From Nitrospirota bacterium (GTDB lineage Bacteria; Nitrospirota; UBA9217): DNA of 55,543 bases. Shown here piece by piece: positions 1 to 12,749 of the stretch. The translations under genes and the position numbers were made by a program. Location: contig JAOUEV010000017.1 of assembly GCA_029858565.1 (NCBI GenBank), positions 1-55,543 on the forward strand, in the 5' to 3' direction. Positions within the stretch are counted from its first letter, which is position 1. Each line of letters opens with the position of its first letter. Below the pieces are notes generated by a model. It searched no databases. It saw only the letters and a list, made by a program, of their open reading frames with translations, and was not told the origin of the DNA.

Positions 1-438
1 CGACAGCACATTGATCGATATGGTAAAGATGATGAAGGTGAACAGGATCCGCGTATAGTCGAAGAGGATCGTCTGGACCTCCCCGCCTGCTCCCAGAAAC
101 GCCGCAGCCCTCCAGCCGAAGAGATATCCTAGTATCATGATCGCGACCGATGCAATGATGACAAAGGCCATTGCCTGATAAGAGACCTGGGCCGCATCGC
201 CCTTCCGTCCCGCGCCCCAGAGCTGGGACACCAGGACCGTTGCGCCGGTGTTTATCCCCCAGGACACGCTCATGACCACAAAGACCATGATCTGGGCAAT
301 GCCCACCGCGGCAATGGAAGTCGCGCCGAGCCCGCCCACGAGAAAGATGTCCACGATGCCGACGGAGCGCTGCAGCAGGCTCGAAAGTACGACCGGCAAT
401 GCAAGCGAAAAGACCTGTTTTCTGACGCTTATTCCCAT
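1..438 (-). CDS. MATE-family efflux transporter (5' part; runs off window start)
   Basis: Own translation from ATG at 438: MGISVRKQVFSLALPVVLSSLLQRSVGIVDIFLVGGLGATSIAAVG...GATVLVSQLWGAG, a typical MATE N-terminus; not in the ORF track because it is truncated. Confidence 0.85.
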   Translation of the reverse strand, partial: MGISVRKQVFSLALPVVLSSLLQRSVGIVDIFLVGGLGATSIAAVGIAQIMVFVVMSVSWGINTGATVLVSQLWGAGRKGDAAQVSYQAMAFVIIASVAIMILGYLFGWRAAAFLGAGGEVQTILFDYTRILFTFIIFTISINVLS

Positions 439-452
439 GATGGAGGGTGGAC

Positions 453-1295
453 CTACTTTTTCTGGAGGGAGCGGACCTTCTTCAGGTTCCGGGGATCGTC
501 CTCATCGGTTTCCTTGGGTGTTTCCATGATCTTCGGCACATGGCGGAACAGCGGATGCGCCAGGAACGCCCGGAATCCATCCTCGCCGATTTTCCCTTCG
601 CCGATGTGCCAATGACGATCAACGCGGGATGCGAATTCCTTAAGGCAGTCGTTCAGATGAATGCCCTTTAACCGGTCAGCGCCGACAGTGGTCGAGATCT
701 CTTTCGCAAGGGCTTCGACGCCTGCAGGCGTGCGGATATCGTAGCCTGCCGCGAATCCGTGGCAGGTATCATAGCAGATGCCGATGTTCTCGCTATGAGC
801 AAGTCCGGCGATCACATCCTGCACCTGCTGAAGCTCGTAACCCACGTCGCCTTTCTCGCCGGCAGTGTTCTCAAGAAGGATCACGGCACTGGGCTTATGG
901 AGCTTCATTGCCATGTTCAGGGCAACCGTGACCCGTTCTATCATCCACTCCGGTTCCCTGCCGCTCGCGGACCCGAGGTGGGTCACCAAATATTCCGCAC
1001 CAAGCTTCTCCGTGCGCTCCAGGTCAATGACGAATTGTTCGATCGACCGCTCAAAAAGGTCTGGTTTGGGCGAAGCCAGATTGATGAGGTAATTCGTATG
1101 CACGAACACCGGACCGATGTCCCATTGTTCGCGCAGTTTTTTGAACTCAGCCGCATCGGCCGGATCGATCGGTTTGACGGTCCAGCCGCGCGGGTTGCGG
1201 CTGAAGATCTGCATGCAGTTGCAGCCCAGCTCGTGAGCGCGCTGCACGGCAAGAGAGAATCCGCCGGAGATGGAGACATGAAATCCTAATCGCAT
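453..1295 (-). CDS. nfo: Endonuclease IV (deoxyribonuclease IV)
   Basis: GFHVSI start, QIFSRNPRGW, HTNYLINLAS, LLENTAG, DTCHGFAAGYD, HLND...DRHWHIGEG, METP motifs. Confidence 0.95.
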   Translation of the reverse strand: MRLGFHVSISGGFSLAVQRAHELGCNCMQIFSRNPRGWTVKPIDPADAAEFKKLREQWDIGPVFVHTNYLINLASPKPDLFERSIEQFVIDLERTEKLGAEYLVTHLGSASGREPEWMIERVTVALNMAMKLHKPSAVILLENTAGEKGDVGYELQQVQDVIAGLAHSENIGICYDTCHGFAAGYDIRTPAGVEALAKEISTTVGADRLKGIHLNDCLKEFASRVDRHWHIGEGKIGEDGFRAFLAHPLFRHVPKIMETPKETDEDDPRNLKKVRSLQKK

Positions 1296-1299
1296 CGCA

Positions 1300-3315
<2,016 letters not shown>

Positions 3316-3334
3316 TTAAAAATGTGAATTTGGT

Positions 3335-4075
3335 CTACTTTTTCAATACCGCTTCCGCTGCGATATGACCTGCGAGTGTTGTCACAAATGATTTTAGCCC
3401 CGTCAATTCGCTCATCTCGGCATATGATCCGGATTTGGATGCTGACCGCGGCGAAAGGATAACAGCGGCCGAAGTATAGAGGTTCTCAGCCATCAGTTTC
3501 CGACACAGGATATTATAGCGCTCAGCATAAGATGCTCCCTTAAATTCAGGGAACACGGGAAAGTTCGGCGAGCTATCAGAAACCGGTGAACGGGAAGCGT
3601 CAACATCCTCAAGCAACATCACATACCCGACAAAAGGTTTTCTACTCTCGCCAAAAGCCCCTTCCCTGAAAGCTGTCCAAAGGTCAATAGCAGTTCCGAG
3701 CGCTTCCTCGCAGCGGTTATTGGCATTGTTGCCAAAGGAGGGTCCTACCTGTGATTTAAATTCAACAGCTGCAATCAGTTTCTCTTGATTTAATACCAGC
3801 AGATCCCACAATTTCGTTGGGCGAAAATATCCAGGCAAGGTCAAGACCTTCCGTTTCAGCATAATGTCGGCTTTAGGCAGGCCATTGGCGTGTACGATAT
3901 CAACAACAAGGTCAATAAAACCGTTCATATTACTGCCTGCAGTTACCGCGCTTCGTTCACCCTGGTCTTTCCTACCAGCCGCACGCTGTTTTTTCGCAGC
4001 CTTCTTTCTCCCGGACCAGAAGCTTTTCACAGCGGCACCAGCTTTAACATCATAGCCAGCAAGGTCAAGCGGCAT
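3335..4075 (-). CDS. Type II restriction endonuclease, PaeR7I/XhoI family
   Basis: [38 protein letters not shown] motifs; start re-called at ATG 4075 behind AAGGAG (246 aa); overlaps the end of the methylase. Confidence 0.85.
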   Translation of the reverse strand: MPLDLAGYDVKAGAAVKSFWSGRKKAAKKQRAAGRKDQGERSAVTAGSNMNGFIDLVVDIVHANGLPKADIMLKRKVLTLPGYFRPTKLWDLLVLNQEKLIAAVEFKSQVGPSFGNNANNRCEEALGTAIDLWTAFREGAFGESRKPFVGYVMLLEDVDASRSPVSDSSPNFPVFPEFKGASYAERYNILCRKLMAENLYTSAAVILSPRSASKSGSYAEMSELTGLKSFVTTLAGHIAAEAVLKK

Positions 4076-5801
4076 ATATCGCTCCTTCATCATCATTAAC
4101 CGACAGAATCGCGCGCTCTTCTGCAGAGAGATTATAAAGCTCGCAGGTTAAAGCATTGCAGGCCGCAATATCTCTTATGTCAGCAGCATCTCTTAGCTTC
4201 TTTTTGAGATGCTCCGGCACATCCTGCCATCGGGGGATATGAATGCGCCTCAGATATTGCGCCTGGAACCTCAAATATCCACCTCGCATCTTAGTGGAAT
4301 AAGTCGTAATAAATACACGGGTAATATCCGAAAGCAATACAGCCTGAAGAGCTTTCAAATCCCAAGTCTCGGATGTTATGTAGTAAAGATTATGGTGAGG
4401 GTAATACTTGCCCTCCTCGTAAACAATATTTGCTTCCCCTTTAATATCAGGGATCAAGAGTTTCGGCGTATGCGTGATCTTAGGCGTAATTCTATCAATG
4501 GTCCTATACCAACGCTCGCTGCTGCGCTTGGCCACATTACGGTTGCATATTACTGCCTTATGCTCATTTAAATACGCAGCGAGTTTTGGGTATTTCTTCA
4601 GGTCAACGAGGCTACCATCATCATTAAATGGATTAACAACACCCATTCCGCGCCACTCAACCTTACCAGTACGAATATCCTTTGTCATAACCAAAGGCAG
4701 TTTACGGTCCTTTTCCACATCAAGTTGACGATACTCACCTACGTAAACTTTGTCAGCACCTGTTGCAACCCCAATCCCTACCTTGCAGCCAGCTTCTTCC
4801 AATGTCGGATAAACACTCTCTATGCGTCTGAGAATAGTCAACTGATCAAATGATTCAAGGACCCATGGCTCATTATCACACATTATCCCCGATACTTCAT
4901 GAATAGCGCTATTCGGCTTAATTGTCCGAACCCGCATATCATGAGCAAGACTGACTAACGTTTCTTTATCCACCTGCGGCCTATGTGTAATACGAGTTGC
5001 ACCTGATAGTTCCTTGCTGATTACGGTAATTGCCGGGTATGCGGATACTTCAGAATGGAAAGCATCGGTATTCACCATATCAACGTAATATTTTAAATGA
5101 AATCCTTTTGCTACCATCTGACGAAGTGGTCCGCCGTAACGATTCTTCATCCAACGGTCAGAGCAGATGAAGCCAACAGAGCCCTTCTGTCCGAGATGCT
5201 TCAATGAGTGCTCTATGAAGGGAATATATAGGTCAGCACGATCATAAAGTGTATCAAAACGATGCCGGTATTCTGCCAGTAAAATATCAGGAATCATCTC
5301 CTGACGCACATACGGAGGATTTCCTACAATATGAGTGAAATCAAAAGGGAAATCAGCAAGAAGGAAATCACCATGAATCAGCCACGTATCGAGTAGATTT
5401 TCCGTTGCTGATTGAGAAATGCCATTCCCCTTTAGCATGCTACTAAGTTGCATACGTGTGCCATTAAAGCTTGATTGATGCAATTCAACAGCTCGAATAG
5501 AATCTTTAAGTTCGGCAACAAGGTTAGTATGGTTCTGCGTATGTTTAAAGTACGACGCAAGCAGCCGCTCCACTGCAATAAGAAGAAATGCACCCTCTCC
5601 AAATGAAGGTTCAAGAAAACGTTTTTTCTGGAGAGCAGAATCAGTTGTGTAGCCAGTTAAATCTAATATAAACTCAACCACTTCGCGCCGCGTGAACACA
5701 GCACCGCGCTCATCAATGCCAGCAGAAGCTAACTGTGCGACTGCAGATTGTAGCTTGTCCATGCCTGGTAACGCTATTTGTGATACACGAAGTGATGTCA
5801 T
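4065..5801 (-). CDS. N6-adenine DNA methyltransferase (gamma class, PaeR7I/Eco57I/TaqI-like)
   Basis: Motif [11 protein letters not shown], motif IV GNPPY, C-terminal YPHHNLYYI and [15 protein letters not shown]; adjacent to the endonuclease. Confidence 0.9.
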   Translation of the reverse strand: MTSLRVSQIALPGMDKLQSAVAQLASAGIDERGAVFTRREVVEFILDLTGYTTDSALQKKRFLEPSFGEGAFLLIAVERLLASYFKHTQNHTNLVAELKDSIRAVELHQSSFNGTRMQLSSMLKGNGISQSATENLLDTWLIHGDFLLADFPFDFTHIVGNPPYVRQEMIPDILLAEYRHRFDTLYDRADLYIPFIEHSLKHLGQKGSVGFICSDRWMKNRYGGPLRQMVAKGFHLKYYVDMVNTDAFHSEVSAYPAITVISKELSGATRITHRPQVDKETLVSLAHDMRVRTIKPNSAIHEVSGIMCDNEPWVLESFDQLTILRRIESVYPTLEEAGCKVGIGVATGADKVYVGEYRQLDVEKDRKLPLVMTKDIRTGKVEWRGMGVVNPFNDDGSLVDLKKYPKLAAYLNEHKAVICNRNVAKRSSERWYRTIDRITPKITHTPKLLIPDIKGEANIVYEEGKYYPHHNLYYITSETWDLKALQAVLLSDITRVFITTYSTKMRGGYLRFQAQYLRRIHIPRWQDVPEHLKKKLRDAADIRDIAACNALTCELYNLSAEERAILSVNDDEGAIYAA

Positions 5802-5825
5802 CTTATTAGTTTGTTGATTAGAAAA

Positions 5826-7208
5826 TCAGTCTCCACTCTTGTCTTCCAACTGGTAATCCTTGATCTTCGTGAGCAGGGTCTTATAGCTCACCTGCAGGAC
5901 CTCGGCGGCCCTGGTCTTGTTCCCGCCGGTCTGTTTGAGCACCTGCCGGATCCTGCGGGACTCGGCGATGCGCGTTGCCGCGGCCGCGATCTCCTGAAGC
6001 GGACCTTCCATGGGTACATTCTCCGCCAGCGCCTCAAGCACGCTCTTCTCGCTGATCCCGAGGTCCTTGGACCGTATCATCCCGCCTTCGGCGTAGATCA
6101 TTGCCCGCTCGATCACGTTCTCCAGTTCGCGGACATTGCCCTTCCAGGGAAACTTCATCAGGATATCCATGGTGTCGTCGGCGATGAGCATCGGCCCCTT
6201 GCGTACTTCGGCGCTGTACTTGGCCAGAAAATGCTGTGCCAGCGGGGGAATGTCGTCACGCCGTTCGCGGAGCGGCGGGATCGTGATGGGAAACACATTG
6301 AGGCGGTAGAACAGGTCCTCACGGAATACCTTTTGTTCCACAGCCTTCTGCAGGTCCTTGTTCGTGGCAGCCACGACGCGCACGTCGATCTTGATAGACC
6401 TGTTTCCCCCGACCCGTTCGATCATCTGGTCCTGGAGCACCCGCAGGATCTTCGCCTGAAGCGCAAGGTCCATGTCGCCGATCTCATCAAGAAATACCGT
6501 GCCTTTATCTGCAAGCTCGAGCTTGCCCAGCTTCCTCGCTTCAGCACCGGTGAAAGCTCCTCGCTCATACCCGAAGAGCTCGCTCTCCAGAAGCTCCCGG
6601 GGTATCGCGGCGGAGTTGATGGCAACAAATGGACCGTCCTTGCGGTTGCCGAGATAATGGATCGCCCGCGCGAAAAGCTCCTTGCCGGTACCGCTTTCCC
6701 CATGCAACAGGACCGTGGCGTTGGTGGGAGCGACCTTCTGAATGGCCGACGTGATATCCTGGAGCTGTTTGCTCCTGCCGATGATCTTGGGCAAACCGAA
6801 CTTGTCCGCGAACTCGGACCGCAGAAGGATGTTCTCCGTTGCCACGCGGTAGGAATCGAACGCCCGCTTTACCAGAACGATCAGATGGCCCGTGTCAAAG
6901 GGTTTTGCCAGAAAATCATAGGCCCCGTCCTTGACCGCCTTCACCGCGTTCTCGATGGTGCCGTAGGCGGTCATAACGATGACCGGCAGGAGCGGATTCT
7001 CGGCCTTTGCTGTTCTCAGCACCTCGAAACCGTCCTTTTTCGGAAGTTTGAGGTCCGTCAGCACCAGGCCGATCCGTTCATCGGCCAGCTTTTTAATACC
7101 CTCGGCGCCATCGCGCGCGGGCACCACCTGGAACCCTTCTCCTTCCAGGGTCTTGGTAAGCATGGTCAGCATGCTTTCTTTGTCTTCGATCACCAGGATC
7201 GTATCCAT
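5826..7208 (-). CDS. Sigma54-dependent response regulator (NtrC/PilR-like)
   Basis: Receiver domain, GESGTGKE, GAFTGA, FLDEIG, FREDLFYRL, Fis HTH (GGNKTRAA); start at 7208 behind GGAGG. Confidence 0.92.
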   Translation of the reverse strand: MDTILVIEDKESMLTMLTKTLEGEGFQVVPARDGAEGIKKLADERIGLVLTDLKLPKKDGFEVLRTAKAENPLLPVIVMTAYGTIENAVKAVKDGAYDFLAKPFDTGHLIVLVKRAFDSYRVATENILLRSEFADKFGLPKIIGRSKQLQDITSAIQKVAPTNATVLLHGESGTGKELFARAIHYLGNRKDGPFVAINSAAIPRELLESELFGYERGAFTGAEARKLGKLELADKGTVFLDEIGDMDLALQAKILRVLQDQMIERVGGNRSIKIDVRVVAATNKDLQKAVEQKVFREDLFYRLNVFPITIPPLRERRDDIPPLAQHFLAKYSAEVRKGPMLIADDTMDILMKFPWKGNVRELENVIERAMIYAEGGMIRSKDLGISEKSVLEALAENVPMEGPLQEIAAAATRIAESRRIRQVLKQTGGNKTRAAEVLQVSYKTLLTKIKDYQLEDKSGD

Positions 7209-7230
7209 ACCCTGCCTCCCGAGCCGGATA

Positions 7231-8487
7231 TCAGCCAACCGGCAGCGTTATGGTAAATGTCGTACCCCGTCCCTTGCCGCTATCTACCACAATGGTCCCG
7301 CCGTGCGATACGACGATCTTGTGGACCAGTGCGAGACCCATCCCCACACCCCGGTCCTTGGTGGTGAAGAACGGAAGAAAGATGCGCTGGATCGTCTCTT
7401 GAGGAATGCCGATGCCGGTATCGCTGATCCTTACCTCCGCCTTCCCGCCTTCCCTCCGCGACTCGAGCGTGATCGTACCGCCGTCGGGCATCGCATCAGC
7501 GGCGTTCTGGATAAGATTGCAGAAAGCCTGCCGCAGCAGGCCTTCATCGGCAAGGATGACCGCGTTTTCCATTTTTTCGAGGATGCGGATCTCCCCGCCT
7601 CCGCCCGCCTGCAGGACCGAGGCAACGCATCCGGACAGCAGTTCCCCGAGGTTCACTTCTCCCGAGTTCAGCGCCGCAGGCCGGGCAAAGGTCAGCAGAT
7701 CGCCGATGATCCGGTTCATTGTCGCGATCTCCATCTGCACATCACCGATGATCGCGCGGCCCTGCTCATCCTGGTCCTTGGAAAGCAGGTTCAGATACCC
7801 TGAAATGACCGCCATGGGATTCCGCAGTTCGTGGGCAATGCCCGCGGACATCTCCCCCAGCGCCGTCAGCCGTTCCTTGAGCTCGACCTGTTCCTGGAGC
7901 CGCTTGATGTCGGTGAGGTCGGAAAAGGACAGGATCACGCCCTGGCGTTCCCCCTGCCGGTCCGTGAGCAAGGCAGTGTTAAAACCCAGCCAGAGACGTC
8001 CGCCATCCCGTTCCAGCGCCGTCTCCATCCTGATCGTGGGGACCTTGTTGTCGAAGGTTTCCTGTACGGCACTGCAGATGTCGCTGTTCCCGAACAGATC
8101 GGGGCATCCGGTGCCGATGGCCGCGGTCCGCGAGGCGCCCAGTAGTTCCTCGGCAGCCCGGTTCATCGTTTGCACCTTGCCCTTCTGGTCGAAGGTTATC
8201 ACACCATTGGACACGCACTGGAGGATGTTCTCATTGAGACTTTCAACGGTCTCCGCACGGAGCTCCGCAAGCGCCTTGAGACGCTGCAGCTCCTTTTCCT
8301 TTTCCTTGAGCTGGCGGGTGACATCCTGAAAGGCATTGATGATGAAGCTGACGTCAGGGGTCTTCTCCTGGTCCTGACCTTTCAGGTCCATTTCCTGGCG
8401 GTATTTTCGAAGTGAGGCCATGATGACCACTACTCCCAGAATGACCGCTGAAGAAGCGAACAGTATGGTAAGGATATGCTGGTTCAT
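7231..8487 (-). CDS. PAS-domain sensor histidine kinase (PilS/NtrB-like)
   Basis: N-terminal TM helix, PAS region, AHELRNP H-box, NLIQNA, DTGIGI, PFFTTK, GMGL. Confidence 0.92.
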   Translation of the reverse strand: MNQHILTILFASSAVILGVVVIMASLRKYRQEMDLKGQDQEKTPDVSFIINAFQDVTRQLKEKEKELQRLKALAELRAETVESLNENILQCVSNGVITFDQKGKVQTMNRAAEELLGASRTAAIGTGCPDLFGNSDICSAVQETFDNKVPTIRMETALERDGGRLWLGFNTALLTDRQGERQGVILSFSDLTDIKRLQEQVELKERLTALGEMSAGIAHELRNPMAVISGYLNLLSKDQDEQGRAIIGDVQMEIATMNRIIGDLLTFARPAALNSGEVNLGELLSGCVASVLQAGGGGEIRILEKMENAVILADEGLLRQAFCNLIQNAADAMPDGGTITLESRREGGKAEVRISDTGIGIPQETIQRIFLPFFTTKDRGVGMGLALVHKIVVSHGGTIVVDSGKGRGTTFTITLPVG

Positions 8488-9308
8488 GGTCGAAGAAGTC
8501 CGAAATACCAGTCAATGATCTCCGGGCCGGCGAACAATGAGGCAAGAGCGCCTGCGGCGAGAAATGGTCCAAAGGGAATATAGGAACCGGACTCATGCTT
8601 TTTCAGGAGGATGAGCACACCCCCGACAAGGGACCCGGCCAGCGCACCGAGCATGATGGTCAGGAGCGCTCCCTGCCATCCGATGAAGCTTCCGACCATA
8701 CCCATGAGCTTGATGTCCCCCCCTCCCATGGCCTCCACTTTCCGAAGCTTCTGCCAGAGCCAGCCGATGAGAAAGAGCGGAGCGCCGCCGGCCAGAAGAC
8801 CGAGGACCGAATTTACGAGACCCCGCAGGTAAGGGCCGTCAGGCAACACGGTTGAGAGGCCGAAGGGAAGCGGCTCCATGAGCGCGGTCATAAAGAACGG
8901 AGCTGCCGCGAGGCCGATCACCATCCCGGGCAGACTTATCTCATCAGGTATGATCTGGAAATCGAAGTCAATGAAGGTAATGACCACGAGCGCCGAGCAG
9001 AGCAGCATTACCAGCACCGCCTCGCCTCCCATGCCGAACCACTTCACCGCTCCGACGTAGAGCATACCGTTGAGGGCCTCGACAAGCGGGTAACGCCAGG
9101 AGATCGGCAATCCGCAGCTCCTGCATTTTGCGCGGAGCAGCAGAAAACTCAGGACCGGGATATTATCGTACCACCGGATGGATGCATTGCAGCGGGGGCA
9201 GCGTGACGCGGGTCGGACGACCGATTGTTCCCGTGGAAGACGGAGGATACAAACGTTCAGAAAACTTCCGATCACCAGACCAAAGAACAGCGCGAGGAAA
9301 TCGATCAT
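8484..9308 (-). CDS. pilD: Prepilin peptidase (A24)
   Basis: GSFLNVCILRLP, two CxxC pairs, FIDFD, MGGGDIKL, IPFGPFL. Confidence 0.93.
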   Translation of the reverse strand: MIDFLALFFGLVIGSFLNVCILRLPREQSVVRPASRCPRCNASIRWYDNIPVLSFLLLRAKCRSCGLPISWRYPLVEALNGMLYVGAVKWFGMGGEAVLVMLLCSALVVITFIDFDFQIIPDEISLPGMVIGLAAAPFFMTALMEPLPFGLSTVLPDGPYLRGLVNSVLGLLAGGAPLFLIGWLWQKLRKVEAMGGGDIKLMGMVGSFIGWQGALLTIMLGALAGSLVGGVLILLKKHESGSYIPFGPFLAAGALASLFAGPEIIDWYFGLLRP

Positions 9309-9673
9309 GCATGCTTCCCTTCAGGCTGCTTGGGTTTCGCCTTGATCGCGTCCGCCTCGCGGCTGAGCTCTTCAAGAAGACCGTCGGCCTCTTTTTCCAG
9401 TTGCGCGATACGTTCGAGCAATGACGCGATCTCGCCCTGTTTAAAGAATGCAGCAAAGTTCGCCGGCAAGGTCCCGCCCGTGCTCTGTTCCAGCAGGCGT
9501 TCGCCGACCTTCCGATGCTGTTCTCCGATAGCCTTTTGCACCCGGTCCATCTGCATCCTGATCCGGATGATGGCGATATCCGACTTCACGCGTTCAGACA
9601 GCGTCCCGGCAAAGGAAGTGACCCGGGTATACCCCTTTTCCATGTTCACCAGCGCTTTTTCCCAAACGGTCAT
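9305..9673 (-). CDS. Hypothetical coiled-coil protein
   Basis: 122 aa helical ORF with GGAG RBS; stop overlaps the pilD start. Confidence 0.7.
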   Translation of the reverse strand: MTVWEKALVNMEKGYTRVTSFAGTLSERVKSDIAIIRIRMQMDRVQKAIGEQHRKVGERLLEQSTGGTLPANFAAFFKQGEIASLLERIAQLEKEADGLLEELSREADAIKAKPKQPEGKHA

Positions 9674-9789
9674 GATGGCTCTCCGATCATCACGCCACGT
9701 CTTGCCTGGGAGACGTTTGGCAGTGATATCAATTCACAATCAAGATGGTCCACTCCTGCTCGATAATCTATCAGAACGCCTCCTAAATA

Positions 9790-12222
9790 TCAACTTACCA
9801 TGATCAGCCCGAGCCGGCCCCGCCACTTTTTCCCCACCAGTTCCCTGAGCGCAGGATACGCTTTCAGCGACGGATCACGAGCAAGCAGATCAAAGGCCTC
9901 TGCCCGTGCTTTTTCGAGCAGTTCTGCGTCTCGCAGGATGTTCGCTGCCCGGAGGTCGGGCAGACCGGACTGCCGGGTCCCGAAGAACTCTCCCGGTCCG
10001 CGCAGCCGCAGGTCCTCCTCGGCGATCTTGAAACCGTCCGTGGTCCTGGTGAAGGAATTCAGCCTGTCGCGTGTTTCCTCGGTGAACATGCGCGGCCCCA
10101 TGAGGACGCAGTAGGACTGATGGCCTCCCCGTCCCACCCTTCCCCGAAGCTGGTGCAGCTGGGCAAGACCGAACCGTTCGGGATGTTCGATCACCATGAC
10201 CGTCGCATTCGGCACGTCAACACCCACCTCAATGACCGTTGTCGAGACCAGCAGATTGGTCGCGCCTGTCTTGAACGCGGCCATGACCGCGTCCTTTTCT
10301 GATGATTTCATCCGCCCATGCAGCAGGCCCACGCTTGATTTCGGGAAAATGTCCTTCTGCAGATGCGCCGCCATCTCGGTCGCTGCCTTCAGATCGCTCT
10401 TCTCGGTCTCTTCGACCAGCGGATAGACCACATAGACCTGACGACCGGCGGCAAGCTCACCGTCGATGAGCCGGTACGCCTCGCTGCGTCTGCTCTCGAA
10501 ATAGAGTCGGGTGATGACCGGGCTTCTTCCCGGCGGCATCTGGTCGATCACCGACACATCGAGATCGCCGTAGACCGTGAGCGCCAGGGTCCGGGGGATC
10601 GGCGTCGCGGTCATGACCAGAACGTCCGGAGACAGCCCCTTTGCTTTCAATGTCGATCGCTGCAGGACCCCGAAGCGATGCTGCTCGTCGATGATCGCGA
10701 GCCCCAGCTTGTGGAACTGCACATCGCCTTCTATCAGCGCGTGAGTCCCCACGATGATCTGTGCCGTGCCGGCGGCAAGTTCCGCAAGCAAAGCCTCACG
10801 GTCCTTCTTCTTCATGCTGCCGGTCAGGGACCGTACGTTCACGCCGAGCGTGCCTGCAAGGGCGCTGATGTTCCGGAAATGCTGCTCCGCGAGGATCTCC
10901 GTGGGCGCCATGAGACATGCCTGGTACCCGTTCTCGACAGCCATGAGGCAGGCCATGAGCGCTACAACGGTCTTTCCGCATCCCACATCGCCCTGCACCA
11001 GCCTGTTCATGGGCCGGTCCGCGGTCATATCCTTCTTGATCTCCCTGATGACCCGTTCCTGCGCTTCAGTCAGCGTAAAAGGCAGCTTCTTCCGCAACTC
11101 TGCCTCGATACCGCCCCCCTCTTTGAACGAGATGCCCTTTTGATCAGCCTCGGTCCCTTTTTTCCTGAGGCCAAGTCCCAGTTCCAGGACGAACAGTTCC
11201 TCAAAACTGAGCCTTTGATGGGCCGCATCGGATCCCCGGTTCAGCAGAAAGATGTCTTTCTCCATTGTCGGGAAATGGACCTCCGCAAGTGCCCTGTGGG
11301 CGGGCATGAATCCGTATTTTGCCATGATCTGCTGCGGCAGAGCTTCAGGCACCGCGCCAGCGCAGGAATCGATGAGGGTCTTCATCATGCTCCTGATGGC
11401 CCTGACCGAGAGGCCGGCCGTTGCCCGGTAGATCGGCACGATCCTGCCTACATGGATCAAAAGGCTTTCCTGATCATTGTCATCGATGATCTCATATTCA
11501 GGGTTGTCCATCTGGGGCCGTCCGCCCTTGTAGGCATTGGCTTTCACGATCCCTGAGAGGATGACCTTCTGGCCGACCGCAAAGGCCTTTTTCATGAATG
11601 GCTGGTTGAACCACGAACCGGTAAGCATTCCGCTCCGGTCGGTGATCACCAGTTCGAAGACCTTGACCCGTATCCGCTTTGTCTGGACTACTTCCGCGGA
11701 AACGATCTCTCCCATGACCGTCTCAAAGGACCCATAGGACAGCCGTGCTATCTTCCTGAGGTTTCCCCGGTCCTCGTACCTCCAGGGGAAACAGGAAAGC
11801 GCGTCCTCGATCGTGGTAATGTCGAGCTTTTTGAGCAGCTCGGACCGCTTGGGCCCGATGCCCTTGCAGAACTGGATCGGCGTATCAAGGGGCAGCGCCG
11901 GTGCGGCAGCGGTCATTGCCGCAGCAGCCGGCGCCGGAGACCGGATCGTTTTCCCCTGCTCCCTGTCCCTGATAAGGTCAAGAGCCCCTGTGATACGATC
12001 CTTTTTCTCGCTTTCAGAACAGTTGTCGAAACCGTCGAACAAGCGCTCCAGATCGGCTGAAATGGATTCCTGGCCGCCGAGAGCCCTGAGTTCCTGGACC
12101 TGCGCGGTCATGAATACCTCGACGGCGGCAAGATTCTTCAGGTGCGCGAAGCCCGATTGGGACGCGTAGACAAGCGGTCTTTTGATCCTGTCGAGAATGT
12201 CCTGGATGGATGAAGAAGCCAT
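9790..12222 (-). CDS. recG: ATP-dependent DNA helicase RecG (with N-terminal extension)
   Basis: QGDVGCGKT, DEQHRFG, MTATPIPRTL, QLHQLRGRVGRG, DLRLRGPGE. Confidence 0.96.
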   Translation of the reverse strand: MASSSIQDILDRIKRPLVYASQSGFAHLKNLAAVEVFMTAQVQELRALGGQESISADLERLFDGFDNCSESEKKDRITGALDLIRDREQGKTIRSPAPAAAAMTAAAPALPLDTPIQFCKGIGPKRSELLKKLDITTIEDALSCFPWRYEDRGNLRKIARLSYGSFETVMGEIVSAEVVQTKRIRVKVFELVITDRSGMLTGSWFNQPFMKKAFAVGQKVILSGIVKANAYKGGRPQMDNPEYEIIDDNDQESLLIHVGRIVPIYRATAGLSVRAIRSMMKTLIDSCAGAVPEALPQQIMAKYGFMPAHRALAEVHFPTMEKDIFLLNRGSDAAHQRLSFEELFVLELGLGLRKKGTEADQKGISFKEGGGIEAELRKKLPFTLTEAQERVIREIKKDMTADRPMNRLVQGDVGCGKTVVALMACLMAVENGYQACLMAPTEILAEQHFRNISALAGTLGVNVRSLTGSMKKKDREALLAELAAGTAQIIVGTHALIEGDVQFHKLGLAIIDEQHRFGVLQRSTLKAKGLSPDVLVMTATPIPRTLALTVYGDLDVSVIDQMPPGRSPVITRLYFESRRSEAYRLIDGELAAGRQVYVVYPLVEETEKSDLKAATEMAAHLQKDIFPKSSVGLLHGRMKSSEKDAVMAAFKTGATNLLVSTTVIEVGVDVPNATVMVIEHPERFGLAQLHQLRGRVGRGGHQSYCVLMGPRMFTEETRDRLNSFTRTTDGFKIAEEDLRLRGPGEFFGTRQSGLPDLRAANILRDAELLEKARAEAFDLLARDPSLKAYPALRELVGKKWRGRLGLIMVS

Positions 12223-12252
12223 GTAATTCGTGATATTTTATTGATTTTTCAC

Positions 12253-12281
12253 TTGCATGCGATCAGGGGCTATGGTAGCAT
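12253..12281 (+). promoter_or_regulatory. Putative sigma70 promoter for rpmB
   Basis: TTGCAT-17 bp-TAGCAT with TG extension. Confidence 0.55.
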
Positions 12282-12328
12282 GGGCCTGCTTTTTAAGCAA
12301 TCATTTTCAGTTTCAGGAGGACGTTCCC

Positions 12329-12523
12329 GTGGCCGGTAAGTGTCAAATATGCGGAAAAGGCACGCTCAAGGGCAACCAGGTGAGCCATGCCAATAACAAG
12401 ACCAAGAAAATGTCCAAGCCGAACCTGCAGAGCGTGAAGACCCTGGGCCCCAATGGCCAGCATACGCGCATGAACGTCTGCACCCGCTGCATCCGCTCGG
12501 GCAAGGTAAAGAAGGTCGGTTGA
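12329..12523 (+). CDS. rpmB: 50S ribosomal protein L28
   Basis: GTG start behind AGGAGG; [31 protein letters not shown]. Confidence 0.95.
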   Translation: MAGKCQICGKGTLKGNQVSHANNKTKKMSKPNLQSVKTLGPNGQHTRMNVCTRCIRSGKVKKVG

Positions 12524-12552
12524 TCGTTCCGAACAATCATCTGTTTTGTGCG

Positions 12553-12583
12553 ACCCCGCCGAATACCGGCGGGGTATTTTTTT
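12553..12583 (+). terminator. Rho-independent terminator after rpmB
   Basis: ACCCCGCCG-aatac-CGGCGGGGT hairpin followed by a T run. Confidence 0.85.
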
Positions 12584-12749
12584 GCCTTGAAAAGAACAAC
12601 AGCATGCTTCTTTGACAGGATAACGGGATAAGAATCTGATGAAGGCAGTAATCCGTTATATCCTGGTGGTCCTGCCATCCTGTCAAAATAGATTTTTGAT
12701 GTTATGCCGAACCTCTTGCGAAGGATCATTTTTTATATTATAGTACGCC

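Noticed and set aside
11890-12222. RecG N-terminal extension as a novelty
   Set aside because: Helical N-terminal extensions are known in RecG from several phyla
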